Shown: positions 18,191 through 29,425 of the stretch, piece by piece
Layout: each line of letters begins with the position of its first letter
How positions within the stretch are numbered: position 1 is the stretch's first letter
Virus record (IMG/VR): IMGVR_UViG_3300008255_000136
Span: 5,335 to 69,334 of that record
Direction: 5' to 3' (one strand)
Source: a virus
Lineage: Duplodnaviria; Caudoviricetes
Length of the DNA: 64,000 nt
Notes under the pieces: model-generated
Databases searched by the model: none
What the model was told of the DNA's origin: nothing
The model's input: the letters and a program-made list of their open reading frames with translations, nothing else
Made by a program: the position numbers and the translations under genes

Positions 18191-21100
18191 CACAACTAAA
18201 CTCACTTAAATTTAATAGTCCCGGACTATTCAAACCATCAGTTGTTCGTGGAATAGTTGACGCTGGTGCGCCAACAGGCTTAGTTAATTTTAATGATGTT
18301 TCGGATAGAAATATCGGAACATCATCTTCTTTCAGGTATGACCCCCCAGGATCAGGAATTCGATCAACTCAACAAGTAGGCGTTGATTTTTCGAAATTTG
18401 AAAATCATACTTTTTTTCAAAGTGCTCAAACAAATGTAAATCTTGCATTTTTTAAAATAATTAATGAATTTCCATTTGATGGAAACAGAAAGGAAGTTGA
18501 ACAATTTCTTGATAGCTTGACTGGTTTTGAGAAATATGTTTATGACAATTTTCCAAAAAACAAGGGTTTTTTGTTTTTTTCTGGCTCTGGTGATAATGAT
18601 GGTACTTATGTTGAAATAAATGACTTTGCAGGTTCTACATTTCCATCAATTGCGAAAAATAAAACTGGCAACAGCTTACTAAATCCTTTGTTAAAGCCGT
18701 TTTCTTTTGAGATGCAACTCTACCTGCCAGAAGAGTCAAATGACGTTCAAATTATATGTCAGAAACTATCCGGCAGTGATCAGGGCGTCTCTCTTTATGT
18801 TTCTGAGTCAGCAAGCACAAGTAATGCATCCTTATTTTTTACAGCAGTCTCTGCCTCGGTTTCTTTGGATGCTTCTACGTCGATTGAAAAAGGAAGATTC
18901 AATCATATTGTTGCTACCTTTGATAGAAGGCCAGGAATAAATCGACTTAATCTTTATGTCGATCAGGAGCTTGTTTCAACTTCAAGTAATTTTATTGAAT
19001 TTGGAGAAATGGATTTTAATGTTTCTCCATTTTATATTGGATCTGGATCTTCAATAAGCTCTAATGGGTCCTCTATTGTTCCAATGACAACCTTGTCTGG
19101 TGCTATTGATGAATTTAGGTTTTTCCACAACATAAGAACTATTGAAGATCAAAAAAGGTACGCTAAAAAAAGCATCTATCAGACGGATGATTTAGTTCTT
19201 TATTTGAAATTTAATGAGCCATCTGGAAGCTTTTCATCTGCGGGTGATACAGTTACAAATAGAATTGTCCTTGACTATTCAGGCAAGTCTTTGCATGGAC
19301 TCATTAATTTGGCTGGTTACTCTGATAATCTTAGGGTAACGTCATCTTTGACGAACCCAATGACTTATGAAAATATTCAATTGTCACCAGTTCTTTTTCC
19401 AAATTATCAGCCAATTGTTGATTTTAATGGCGATCTTTTAAATTCTGCTTCAACTTATGATGTTTCAAATCCAAATCTTATTACAAAATTAATTCCTCCA
19501 CATTATTTCTTGGAAGGACAAGCAGAAGAGGCTCTTATTAGAGAAGATGGAACAATTGTAGATCCTATTACTGGAGAGTCAATTCCTGGTACTGCTAATG
19601 CTGGACAGGCGCAAATTATACAGACGTTGTTGTATATTTGGGCCAAGTTTTTTGATGAGCAAAAAATCGTTATTGATAATTTTGGAAAAATTTTGAATGT
19701 AACTTACAATGGAGAAAACGCAGTACCAGATCAGTTACTTCCAAAGGTTGCTGAGTTTTTTGGAATAACATTGCCTAATCTTTTTAACGGTTCTTCAATT
19801 GAACAATTTATTGATGCAGAAAATTTATCTTTTGAGTTTTCTACTGGACAAGTTTCATTAAGAAACATTCAAAATAAAATTTGGAGAAGAATTCTTGTAA
19901 ATCTAAAAGATATAATTCAAAGCAAGGGAACCTTACATAGTGTAAAATCATTTATTAGAACATTGGGAATTGATCCTGATGGAAACTTTAGAATTAGAGA
20001 ATATGGAGGCCCAACCAAAAAGGCGATTTCTGATCAAAGAGAAATTAGAACTGAAGTAGCTGCATTGCTTGAAATGAGTAGCTCCACTTCTCTAATAGAA
20101 TCACAAATATTATCATCAAGCAGAATAGAGACAGGATACCCAGAAATAAATGGAAGCTTTGTAAATGTTGTTTCCAATCCTCCTCATGGAACATCAGACG
20201 ATATTTCTGATGGACTTTTGACTTCTGGCTCTTTTACTTATGAAGCAATTTATAAATTCCCGAAAGGAAGAGTAAAGAATAACGTTCAAAGTTTGGCCAG
20301 AATTCATGTTCAAACAGGATCTATTTCCATGTTTGATGGAGGAGAAACCGGTCTTTCGCTAAACATGGTGGCTGTGTCAGGTTCGGAACCTCAAGTTAAA
20401 TTATATGCACGTCCAGGAATGAATGACAGTTTAGATTCTCCATTTTTGACAATGAGCATTAATGCTGATATCTTTGATGGAAATCAATGGAATGTTTCAT
20501 TTGGAAGGTTTAGAGCTGATGATCCGATAAATTATTTGGAACCTTATCCTTCGCTTATAAAATCATATAATTCTTCTTCTTATTTTTTGCGCGCAGCTAG
20601 AGCACTAAGAGGCTCAATTGCAGAACAATTTTTAACCCAATCATTTTTTCAAGAGTCAAACGATAAAAATGATGATTCTTTTAGCAATATTTCTGCAACA
20701 TCAAATGCCTCTGGGTCTTTTATTGTAATTGGCTCTCAAAGTTTAAATGTTGGAGCGGGTTCTTCATTTATATACTTGAATGCTACTGACGACATAACAG
20801 AAGACGAATCAAGAGAAACTGATTTTAGTGGACTTATAGGTCAAGTTCGTTTTTGGAGCAAAGGTTTACTTGAAGATGAATGGAGAGAACATGTTAGAAA
20901 CTTTAAAAGTTTGGGAGTTTCTAATCCTATTCTAAATTTCAACTTTGAAACAGTTGCAACAGGTGCATTTAATAGGCTTAGGATAGATGCCTCAATGGAT
21001 CAAATTGTTACTGCGTCAGATTCTTCTGGCAACATTTCTATTTTTGACTTTTCTCAAAATAACAATCACATGGTTGGCACTGGATTCGAAGCAGAATCAT

Positions 21101-21702
21101 TAGTTATTAAACCTGAAATATTCTTTTCAAGTTATATCTCTCCAAAATTTGATCAGGCAAGTACGGCCAACAAAGTAAGAGCAAGATCGTATCAGGATTT
21201 TGATTTGGCCAAACAAAACAATGCAAAGTTTGGAGTTGCGAATGACATACCTCTAAACGAAGAACCAATGGATGATGTTAGGTTTACAATTGATTTTAGC
21301 ATCATAGATTCTTTAGATCAAGACATAATAAACATATTTTCAACATTAAGAGATTTGGATAATAAGATAGGAGACCCAGAATTACAATTTGCGCCAGATT
21401 ATCCAGGATTAGAAAATCTTCGTGACACATACTTTAATAGACTAGATAAAAAGATTAAATTAAAATCTTTCTTTGAATTCTTTAAATGGTTTGATAGAAG
21501 CATTGGAGATTTTATTTCTGCATTGCTTCCAAGAAAAACTAAATTTAGAGGAGTTAACTTTGTTATAGAATCACATATGCTTGAAAGACCTAAATTTGAA
21601 AATTTAAATATTGATCAATATTTAAGCGCTGCAACAGAAAGAAGTTCACTAAAAGGAACAATAGAATTGCAGCAAATTACTGGACAGATGAAGAAGTATT
21701 AA
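18187..21702 (+). CDS. Large baseplate wedge protein (gp7/P2 I-like) with LamG/ConA-like domains
   Basis: NHIVATFD...LYVD...GAIDEFRFF (LamG); IWRRILVNLKDIIQSKGT (P2 I-like); second LamG-like GQVRFWSK. Confidence 0.7.
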   Translation: MTQLNSLKFNSPGLFKPSVVRGIVDAGAPTGLVNFNDVSDRNIGTSSSFRYDPPGSGIRSTQQVGVDFSKFENHTFFQSAQTNVNLAFFKIINEFPFDGNRKEVEQFLDSLTGFEKYVYDNFPKNKGFLFFSGSGDNDGTYVEINDFAGSTFPSIAKNKTGNSLLNPLLKPFSFEMQLYLPEESNDVQIICQKLSGSDQGVSLYVSESASTSNASLFFTAVSASVSLDASTSIEKGRFNHIVATFDRRPGINRLNLYVDQELVSTSSNFIEFGEMDFNVSPFYIGSGSSISSNGSSIVPMTTLSGAIDEFRFFHNIRTIEDQKRYAKKSIYQTDDLVLYLKFNEPSGSFSSAGDTVTNRIVLDYSGKSLHGLINLAGYSDNLRVTSSLTNPMTYENIQLSPVLFPNYQPIVDFNGDLLNSASTYDVSNPNLITKLIPPHYFLEGQAEEALIREDGTIVDPITGESIPGTANAGQAQIIQTLLYIWAKFFDEQKIVIDNFGKILNVTYNGENAVPDQLLPKVAEFFGITLPNLFNGSSIEQFIDAENLSFEFSTGQVSLRNIQNKIWRRILVNLKDIIQSKGTLHSVKSFIRTLGIDPDGNFRIREYGGPTKKAISDQREIRTEVAALLEMSSSTSLIESQILSSSRIETGYPEINGSFVNVVSNPPHGTSDDISDGLLTSGSFTYEAIYKFPKGRVKNNVQSLARIHVQTGSISMFDGGETGLSLNMVAVSGSEPQVKLYARPGMNDSLDSPFLTMSINADIFDGNQWNVSFGRFRADDPINYLEPYPSLIKSYNSSSYFLRAARALRGSIAEQFLTQSFFQESNDKNDDSFSNISATSNASGSFIVIGSQSLNVGAGSSFIYLNATDDITEDESRETDFSGLIGQVRFWSKGLLEDEWREHVRNFKSLGVSNPILNFNFETVATGAFNRLRIDASMDQIVTASDSSGNISIFDFSQNNNHMVGTGFEAESLVIKPEIFFSSYISPKFDQASTANKVRARSYQDFDLAKQNNAKFGVANDIPLNEEPMDDVRFTIDFSIIDSLDQDIINIFSTLRDLDNKIGDPELQFAPDYPGLENLRDTYFNRLDKKIKLKSFFEFFKWFDRSIGDFISALLPRKTKFRGVNFVIESHMLERPKFENLNIDQYLSAATERSSLKGTIELQQITGQMKKY

Positions 21703-21706
21703 TGTA

Positions 21707-22516
21707 GTGGCATTTTTTAACTTATATAAGCCATTTGTAGAGGCTCCAACTAAAAGAACGACAGTGACACCTTCCTCTGGTGGCATTACCATAGATATTG
21801 GAACAGCCCAAGGCGTTTCCTTTAGAAATCCAATATTAAGACAAACTACACTTTTACCACAAATTAATAGTGGCCGAACAGATTTTGTTGTAGATTGTTT
21901 TAATTTTGGCTCATCACAGCCAGTAGATGAAGCAATTCCATTCAAGGACAAAGAAAGGCTAACTGCTGAAAAATATATCCAAGACCCCAATCAGTTTGGA
22001 TTTCCATTATTTGTTGGAGATTATTTGCCAATCGATGGAGCAATAGAGCCTTTAGAAATTAGAAGTGTAGCAACAAGAGAATCAATAGAAGATCCTACTT
22101 CTCATAGGGTTAGAGGTCATATAATGGATGGAAATGAAGATTCTTTTGATGGATCTGATTTAAAATCATCTTTTATTCTTTATAAGAAAAATTCTGACTT
22201 TGTTCCATTTGAAGACTTTTCAGATAGCTTGGCCGGTGGTCTTGTTGTTTTTCAAGGATTTGTAGCAAATTCTTTAGATGATAAAGTTGAACCTTTTGAT
22301 GAAAGTAAAATAGGCTCTAGTGAAAGATTTACAATCAATAATAATGAAATTGTTTCTGCTTGGCAGTCTCTTGAAAATAGCGGAATTCGTGATTCTAGAT
22401 ATTTTGATGATGATTTTAGGCCGCTCAACACAAAGGCCGCGACTTCTGGATTTGTGTATGGAAACAACCCAGAAGGCACAGACAGCTTGGCATTTGGAGG
22501 GTTTTTAAGAGGATGA
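21707..22516 (+). CDS. Probable virion structural protein
   Basis: 269-aa ORF tightly coupled within the tail operon; no motif recognised. Confidence 0.55.
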   Translation: MAFFNLYKPFVEAPTKRTTVTPSSGGITIDIGTAQGVSFRNPILRQTTLLPQINSGRTDFVVDCFNFGSSQPVDEAIPFKDKERLTAEKYIQDPNQFGFPLFVGDYLPIDGAIEPLEIRSVATRESIEDPTSHRVRGHIMDGNEDSFDGSDLKSSFILYKKNSDFVPFEDFSDSLAGGLVVFQGFVANSLDDKVEPFDESKIGSSERFTINNNEIVSAWQSLENSGIRDSRYFDDDFRPLNTKAATSGFVYGNNPEGTDSLAFGGFLRG

Positions 22517-25500
22517 GTACAAAGATTAGAGGACTGCCACCAAGAGTGGCAATAAGAATTAAAGATTCTGCAACAGGTTCTTATCCATCTGTCAAAAGAG
22601 CTGGTGATGACAGTAGAACTGGTGCGTATTCTGTTTTATATAATGATAAAAATACAATCAATTTTATTGAAGTTGAGGGTGATTCAAGTTCAAGTATAAA
22701 AAGACCAGCTCCTTTTGACTTGACAGTAAATCAGGGATTCTATAATGGAAGCTCTAATTTGATTGCTTATTACAATTTCAACAATTGGACTAGTGATGGA
22801 GATACTAGTTCCTATTTTGTTCAGGATTTAGGAAATTCTGAATTGTTTCATATGACAAGTTCATATGGTTCCGATCAAAACCCTCCCTCACTGTTTTCGT
22901 CGGACGTTCCAAGTTCGGGCTCTTTGAGTTCTGTATCCTTTGGTGGGAGTGGAATATTTAATGACCAATATTTTGCAATCGAAGGTTCTCAGGCGTTAGA
23001 GCTTGCGACTTCTTCATTTGCATTTGGAAATGGAACAACTGATTATCCAAGATCTATTTCTTGTTGGCTTAAAAAAGACTTTCCAAACACGGTTACAGGT
23101 TCGGTTTTTTTTGCAATGTCTGGAAGCGACATTGGAAAAGATGATGCTTTTCATTTTGGAATGTACGGAACGGGAGAGATAGTTCCTGGAAAAATATATG
23201 CATCACTTCATGACAATAGTTCTGACAGAAAGTGTGTTTCTACAATAGACCCTTTTGGAGAAAAATTAATACATTTAGGTGAATGGTTTCATTTTGCTTG
23301 GACATATGATGGAAGCGGAAATCATTCTGGAATGTCTTTTTATATTAATGGAGAAAAGACTCAAGAGTTTCTTGGAGATACAGATGTTGGTTATGTTGCA
23401 GTAGAGACTGTTGGTACAGAAATTGTATTAGGGGCCGCAACAACAAGCGGAAGCACTGATGCAGGAAAGCCTTGGAGGGGCCATATAGACAATTTTGCTC
23501 TTTTTGATCGGGTTTTGGGAGAATATGAAATAAAAGAATTGGCAGGTTATCGAAAAGGAATTTCTTTGCCAACTGGGCTAGATTCTAATTCTACTTTTCT
23601 TGAAAAAGAACAGATGACGGATATTTTCGTAACTGGAACTCCAAGAAAGGGTGTAATAGACAATTTTATTTCTTTTACACCAGGAGAAAATATTACTCCT
23701 TTCAACGAGACATTTAGACCAGAACAAAGTCAGTACAATTCGTTTTTTCAAAGCGGATCAAAAAAATCAGAAGTTGGTCTTGGCTTTTCGTCTAAGCTTG
23801 CTTCTAAAACACAAATAAGATTTTCTTTAAATGTTGATAGCTTGACTACTATGAATGCAACAACTGCATCAATGGTTTATTATAATAATAATACAAAAAC
23901 ATTTGATTTGGCAGGCGGAAGCGAAGCGCTGACAGACCCAGGAGCCATTAGTCGAAATGGAAATCTTGGCCGAGACTCTAAGCTTTTTAATTCCATTGGA
24001 CTTCCTATAATTAGTGGAACAGACGGGGCGCTAAACAAGCCTTCTCCATATCATGGAGAGAATTTAGGGACAAACATTGATAGCGCCTTGTCATTTCAAC
24101 AGCTTGGAAGCTTGACAACAAATGACAAATTTCTTGCTACTAATTCTCAAATTATTTCAATGGAAAATATCATCAATTTTCCATTTTTATTAGAAAAGGC
24201 AGTAATTGAATTAAATGTTAGTTCATCTGTTGGTTGGTTTAATGATTTTACGATATCTCAAGTTACAGCGGGAGGCTCAGATCTAGGAGGGCCATGTGTA
24301 ACTGTCTGTTTGATGAATCAAATTGCAGATTATAAAAGGGAACTTATACTTAGTGCGACAATAATTCCCAATGGAGATACTGGTTCTTTTGCCTATAAGG
24401 GCTTATCCTCATTAAAAATGCCGGCTGGATTTGGTAGTTTTGCAACACCAGGTGCGGTGGTAAATGATATGGGAATACAAAAGGTTTCCCTTCAATGTAA
24501 AACATCTATTTCAAATGGAATTATATTGCCTGCTAGAGCAGCTAATAGCTTTGAAGATTCCGACGTTGGAGAGGTTGCATCTTTTGGAAGGTCTTTAGAT
24601 CCAAAAGATCCAAGTGGACGCAGTTTTTTTGGAAAAGAATTTTCTGCCGCTAAAAAAACTGATAGCCATATTAGATATTCTATTGAAGATTTAGACAATA
24701 CAACAACAGCCCAAAAAGGAGTGTTCTATCAATATATCAAAGAAGAAAATTCTCCATATTTATTATATCCAACAGATAATCTTATTTTAGGAATTTCAAA
24801 ACACCGGCCTGCGATTTATAACATTAGTGACTTTACCTCGGGACTAACAGGAAGCCATGAATTCGGAATAGCCCCAGGAGTTATTAATATTACATTATAT
24901 GGTTCTATGGTGAGGGACGGTAAAGAATTTCACGATACACTAAATCAAAATTTAACATCTAATGCGATTCATGAAATTGTAGGGGCAGAGCCTGTTCTTG
25001 ATCAGTTTGATGTAGAATCAAGAAGTTCATTTACTGGCTCTTATATAGCAGAATTTTTCACTGGTTCAATTTTTAATTCAGACATTGGAAAAAAGAGAAA
25101 ACTAAGAGCAAGTCTCATTGGTACATCAAACACTTTGATTGACACATATGATGTGTATACAGAATTAACAGATTTTCGAGTAGCAAGAAACGGATTTAAT
25201 AAATTTGTACAAATAAAAAGTGATAATGAAAGATATTATGATACTTTAATTCCAAGACTTGATCAAATGTTAAAGATTGAAGAAAAATCAGTCTTGGGTC
25301 TTGTTCTTAATGATACCAAATATAATTCTTACCCTCTTGGAAGAGAGATTAATGATGATGGCGCTTTTGAGCCATTTGAAAATTGGGATTTTATTTTTCC
25401 ATTTGAGGCAAAATATTCTTCTGTTTCAAGAAATGTATCTATATTAAAAAATTCTACATCAACAACCGGCAGTATTCATACTACTGAAAACTCTTTTATA

Positions 25501-26037
25501 ATTCGAGCAAATATTATTGGGAATAAATCAATAGTACCAGTTGACTGGTGGTATGCAGGGTTTAGAATAGGGGACGACTCAATTATTGGAGGAAGTGGTT
25601 CACTTGTTCCTCTGAAAGAAGATATTTTTAAAAAAAATGCGTTTGGATTTGGGGATTCTCAATACGGGCAACCAACTTTACTAAGTAAAGTTGTTGATTA
25701 TCCTTTGATTTTTTCTTTTGATTGCAAAATTCGCGGATTCAAATATGGATTGTTAAATGCTAATAAAGAAGTCAAAAAATATCATTTCCGAAGAGATCGG
25801 TATGGCCAATTAAGGGATATGATTGAACAAGCAAAAGATTCAAAAATATTTTTAGAATCAGATTCTTCCATTGTTTCTTCCCCAGTTAGGGTTAGGTTTA
25901 TTTCAAATGGGAACTTTACAAATGGAGAAGAAACTTTCTCAAACAATGTTTCATTTGAGGCAACATCTTCTCTTCCATATTTTGATGGGCTTGCAAGAAG
26001 CCGAGGAGAATTGCCTGATACAGAGATTGTTCCTTAG
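22513..26037 (+). CDS. Large tail/baseplate protein with a LamG-like lectin domain
   Basis: LIAYYNF, ISCWLK, GEWFHFAWTYDG, FYING, GHIDNFALFDRVL. Confidence 0.65.
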   Translation: MSTKIRGLPPRVAIRIKDSATGSYPSVKRAGDDSRTGAYSVLYNDKNTINFIEVEGDSSSSIKRPAPFDLTVNQGFYNGSSNLIAYYNFNNWTSDGDTSSYFVQDLGNSELFHMTSSYGSDQNPPSLFSSDVPSSGSLSSVSFGGSGIFNDQYFAIEGSQALELATSSFAFGNGTTDYPRSISCWLKKDFPNTVTGSVFFAMSGSDIGKDDAFHFGMYGTGEIVPGKIYASLHDNSSDRKCVSTIDPFGEKLIHLGEWFHFAWTYDGSGNHSGMSFYINGEKTQEFLGDTDVGYVAVETVGTEIVLGAATTSGSTDAGKPWRGHIDNFALFDRVLGEYEIKELAGYRKGISLPTGLDSNSTFLEKEQMTDIFVTGTPRKGVIDNFISFTPGENITPFNETFRPEQSQYNSFFQSGSKKSEVGLGFSSKLASKTQIRFSLNVDSLTTMNATTASMVYYNNNTKTFDLAGGSEALTDPGAISRNGNLGRDSKLFNSIGLPIISGTDGALNKPSPYHGENLGTNIDSALSFQQLGSLTTNDKFLATNSQIISMENIINFPFLLEKAVIELNVSSSVGWFNDFTISQVTAGGSDLGGPCVTVCLMNQIADYKRELILSATIIPNGDTGSFAYKGLSSLKMPAGFGSFATPGAVVNDMGIQKVSLQCKTSISNGIILPARAANSFEDSDVGEVASFGRSLDPKDPSGRSFFGKEFSAAKKTDSHIRYSIEDLDNTTTAQKGVFYQYIKEENSPYLLYPTDNLILGISKHRPAIYNISDFTSGLTGSHEFGIAPGVINITLYGSMVRDGKEFHDTLNQNLTSNAIHEIVGAEPVLDQFDVESRSSFTGSYIAEFFTGSIFNSDIGKKRKLRASLIGTSNTLIDTYDVYTELTDFRVARNGFNKFVQIKSDNERYYDTLIPRLDQMLKIEEKSVLGLVLNDTKYNSYPLGREINDDGAFEPFENWDFIFPFEAKYSSVSRNVSILKNSTSTTGSIHTTENSFIIRANIIGNKSIVPVDWWYAGFRIGDDSIIGGSGSLVPLKEDIFKKNAFGFGDSQYGQPTLLSKVVDYPLIFSFDCKIRGFKYGLLNANKEVKKYHFRRDRYGQLRDMIEQAKDSKIFLESDSSIVSSPVRVRFISNGNFTNGEETFSNNVSFEATSSLPYFDGLARSRGELPDTEIVP

Positions 26038-26061
26038 ATGGTTCTATTTTTATTTTGTATG

Positions 26062-26069
26062 CTATTTAT
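26062..26069 (+). promoter_or_regulatory. Putative late promoter motif (CTATTTAT)
   Basis: In the 63-nt gap before ATG 26101. Confidence 0.4.
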
Positions 26070-26100
26070 TGAGGACAGATATAAGGTAATCTAAAAGCAG

Positions 26101-27018
26101 ATGGCAGGTATTTTAAATAACAAAGAAAGAATTCTTGATTCAATTGTAACACTTGAAGGAAGAAGGCAAATTATTGGAGGAAAATTAAAGATAGAATTTG
26201 CTTCTTTTAGTGATAGATTTACATTTTATGAAGCAGATGTCGCTTCAGGTTCTTCTGATGCAAGTGAAAGAATTTTTTTTGAATCAGTATCTTTGCCACA
26301 AGACCAAATTACGTTTGAGGCAGATGATTCTGGTCGTCTTTTGGCTTTTGAGGGAAGAAACTTTACCAAAATCGTTCAGGGAAAGCCTGTTGTAAGTGGA
26401 TCGTTTCTGACGGACAAATCTCAATTTGCAAGCACAGCAGAAGGATTGTTGAAAGATTCTTTTAATAATTTTACTAATCTAAGATCAATTGGAAGTAATG
26501 AGTTTTTTAGAGATGATAAAAATTTCGTCATTTCTCCTTTGAGTTGCGAATTTACAATTACAGATCAAAAGCCTATAAAACCTAGCGAAATTCAATCTAT
26601 CAGCGTAAGCAAAGCGGAGTCTTTTTTCCAAGATAGAAGATTATCACATATTAAGAATTTTAAATTTTTGCCGCCAAAAAATAAACCTACGATAACTGAT
26701 CCTCAAGGTTCTTTAATCGGAGAGTTTAGACCACTATCCCAGCCAGAAATTCTTTCAATTAAAGAACTAAAAGAAAGCCTATCTAATAAAGATTTTGAAA
26801 CAATTTATTTTTCAGAAACATCTAGAATCAATAATATTTTTTGTCAGTTCTTTGAAATTACTGGGTATAATATTAAAAAACTAGACGTTATTGATTTTGG
26901 TTCGTTTCCTTCTGAAGAAAGAGATGAAGATTTTCATGTGTTTTTTGTTGGAAAAATTTATGTTGATAAGTTTGGCAGAAGTACGTACATAAACATTTTT
27001 ACTTTAATTTTTGAATAA
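26101..27018 (+). CDS. Baseplate/tail structural protein, paralog of 35366..36073
   Basis: N-terminus GIL...ILDSIVTLEGRRQI resembles GFL...ILDAVLTDSGRQAL. Confidence 0.6.
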   Translation: MAGILNNKERILDSIVTLEGRRQIIGGKLKIEFASFSDRFTFYEADVASGSSDASERIFFESVSLPQDQITFEADDSGRLLAFEGRNFTKIVQGKPVVSGSFLTDKSQFASTAEGLLKDSFNNFTNLRSIGSNEFFRDDKNFVISPLSCEFTITDQKPIKPSEIQSISVSKAESFFQDRRLSHIKNFKFLPPKNKPTITDPQGSLIGEFRPLSQPEILSIKELKESLSNKDFETIYFSETSRINNIFCQFFEITGYNIKKLDVIDFGSFPSEERDEDFHVFFVGKIYVDKFGRSTYINIFTLIFE

Positions 27019-27022
27019 GCAT

Positions 27023-29425
27023 ATGAAATATCAATTTAAAAGAACAAATAAAAAAGCTATTTCATTAGATCCTGAGGACTTTGCGGTCCTTTCTGATTTT
27101 TCTAATGGAAAATCAACATATAAATTTACTTATTCAATCGATACAGCAGTAGCATTGAGTCAAGGTGCTCAAAAAGTGGAAATTTCTGTCTTTCCATCAA
27201 ATCAGCCGAAGCCACCTTCTATTTTTACTTTAAATTCTCTTTCTAGCAAGCCATCTCCGTTGCTTCTTGTTAAAAATATTCAACAAATAACAGCAATTAA
27301 AAAAGATACAAAAAATGCAAATACAAACGCAAAATTGGCAAATGTAACAAGTGATTTTACAACGAAAATAAGCAATTCTTCACCATTTGCTTCTTTTACC
27401 AAAAAAAAGTTTAATCTTGCATTGGCTCCTGTAATTTCTCAAAAAAGTAAAGTAGAGCCAATATTAAAGATAAATAATTTTCCTTTAGCAACAATTTCTC
27501 AGTCTTCTAAATCTTTGGCCATTAAAAGTATTCTTCAAAATTCTGAAGATCCTTCAAATATAAAGGCATCTTTTTCTTTAGGGACAACTAAGGCAATGCA
27601 AGGGATGATAAGTGATGCTCAGGTTTCCCTTACATTGAAACCATTTACAAAGAAACTTGTACAAAAAACATTAAGTCAAGCAAACATAAAAACATCACAA
27701 CAGGCATCAGAAACAACAGTTATTCCGATTCTTGCACAAGAAGGAACAGGGTTTACTACAATAACAAAGACTATTGACTTTGGACCAGGAAATCTAATAG
27801 GTTTTTCTGATTTTATTGTAGAATTTAGTCTTGTTGGCCCTAATGGACTTGTTGTTGAAAAGGCGAAAATGACCGTAGAGCATTCTAGAAACATAAGAAT
27901 TGCGCAAACTCCTGTTTTGCCACCAAGCATAACCTCTATCACACTCCCAGCAAGAAATCTTCTTACAATAACTCAAAATGATCCATTGGCAACATCTGTC
28001 GATATTTTTAGAAAGATCTTTAATAGGACATCTAGGATTGAGGAGCAAAATTATGTTTTTGTTGGAAATTTGGCGGTTTCTAAAAAAGGAGGACCGGCAC
28101 CATTTGAAGACTTGATTGGCAATGCTTCAGATATGATTTATAGGGTAATACCAAAAGGAGAACAACAGCAACTTGGATCGATATTTACAAATAAAGTTGT
28201 AAAAGCTTACAAGTTTGGTCTTTCAAGGGAAAGAACACAAAGATTGCTTTATGCAGGAATAGTGGCTCAGTCTGATCCAAAAGGTATTCGAATTGAGGTC
28301 TTGGGACTTGCTCCTGGGGTTTCTGCTATAAAGCTTTTAGCTAGAGACAGAACAAGAAAAGAAACTAATTTTAAAACAGTAAAATCATTAATTGGAAAGA
28401 CTGATACAGTTGTTATTAGCGAGTCAGGACAGGCATATTCTTTTCTTGATACCTTCTCTAAAAAGAATAATGTTATTGAATATGCTGTAATGATGCTATT
28501 TGAAAATGGAGATGAACAAATTTCAACAACTAGAGAAATTTTTAAAAACATACCATTTTCTTTTGGTGTAGTAGATACAAGGATTGGACAGCCAAGAATA
28601 CTTCAGGTAAAAAATGGTATAGATATTCAATTTAATATTGAATCATCAATCAATTCTTCAAATATTGAAAATTTAAAAAAATTACTGGAGCAACAAGGAC
28701 AAGCAAGTATTTTTACTGAGGATCTAATCAATGAAAAGAATAGCTTAAATAACTTAATTGCACATCAGATTAGAAGGATTGATTTGACAACGGGTGAAAC
28801 AGTATTTTTTAGGCCGTTTACGGGCACTGTGTTTAGTGATGAGCGGAATAGAAAGATTGATGGTATCTCTGCTCCAATACCTGGGAGAGTTTATAGATAT
28901 ATCGTTTCCGCTCTTTTGAGAAAAGCAGAAACATTATTTGAAAATAATGTTAAAACTATTACAAATTCTATTGGAATTTCAGTAAATTATTTGCCATTAA
29001 AATTTAAACACCCTGTTGTTTCACAGTATGGAAACATTGTGACAACTGCATCTTTATTGGCCAATCATAGCGAAACACAATTTGAATTTGGAAATATTGG
29101 AAACTTTACAAAGCAAGACATTAGTATTGATATATCGAAGCCACAGATTTTTAATGCTCGTGTATCTAAATTCAACAAAGATACCAATTTTTTAAAATGG
29201 AATATCACAGGAGATAAAAATACAATTGAACATTTCCTTGTAATTTTGGATAAATTTGGGGACGAAGAAGTTATTGGAGCTGTTCATGCAAATTTTAATT
29301 CAAATGTAATAGAATATATTGATAAAGAAGCTCCAAAGGAGCCGGGTTCATATAGGTATAAGATAATTCCCGTACTAAAAGATTACACGCAAGGTCCGGC
29401 AATTACTACACAGGAATTCATATAA
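27023..29425 (+). CDS. Structural protein with Ig/FN3-like beta-sandwich repeats
   Basis: Repeated Y-x-Y-x-[IV] strands (IYRVIP, YRYIVSA, YRYKIIP); ATG 27023 preferred over TTG 27011. Confidence 0.55.
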   Translation: MKYQFKRTNKKAISLDPEDFAVLSDFSNGKSTYKFTYSIDTAVALSQGAQKVEISVFPSNQPKPPSIFTLNSLSSKPSPLLLVKNIQQITAIKKDTKNANTNAKLANVTSDFTTKISNSSPFASFTKKKFNLALAPVISQKSKVEPILKINNFPLATISQSSKSLAIKSILQNSEDPSNIKASFSLGTTKAMQGMISDAQVSLTLKPFTKKLVQKTLSQANIKTSQQASETTVIPILAQEGTGFTTITKTIDFGPGNLIGFSDFIVEFSLVGPNGLVVEKAKMTVEHSRNIRIAQTPVLPPSITSITLPARNLLTITQNDPLATSVDIFRKIFNRTSRIEEQNYVFVGNLAVSKKGGPAPFEDLIGNASDMIYRVIPKGEQQQLGSIFTNKVVKAYKFGLSRERTQRLLYAGIVAQSDPKGIRIEVLGLAPGVSAIKLLARDRTRKETNFKTVKSLIGKTDTVVISESGQAYSFLDTFSKKNNVIEYAVMMLFENGDEQISTTREIFKNIPFSFGVVDTRIGQPRILQVKNGIDIQFNIESSINSSNIENLKKLLEQQGQASIFTEDLINEKNSLNNLIAHQIRRIDLTTGETVFFRPFTGTVFSDERNRKIDGISAPIPGRVYRYIVSALLRKAETLFENNVKTITNSIGISVNYLPLKFKHPVVSQYGNIVTTASLLANHSETQFEFGNIGNFTKQDISIDISKPQIFNARVSKFNKDTNFLKWNITGDKNTIEHFLVILDKFGDEEVIGAVHANFNSNVIEYIDKEAPKEPGSYRYKIIPVLKDYTQGPAITTQEFI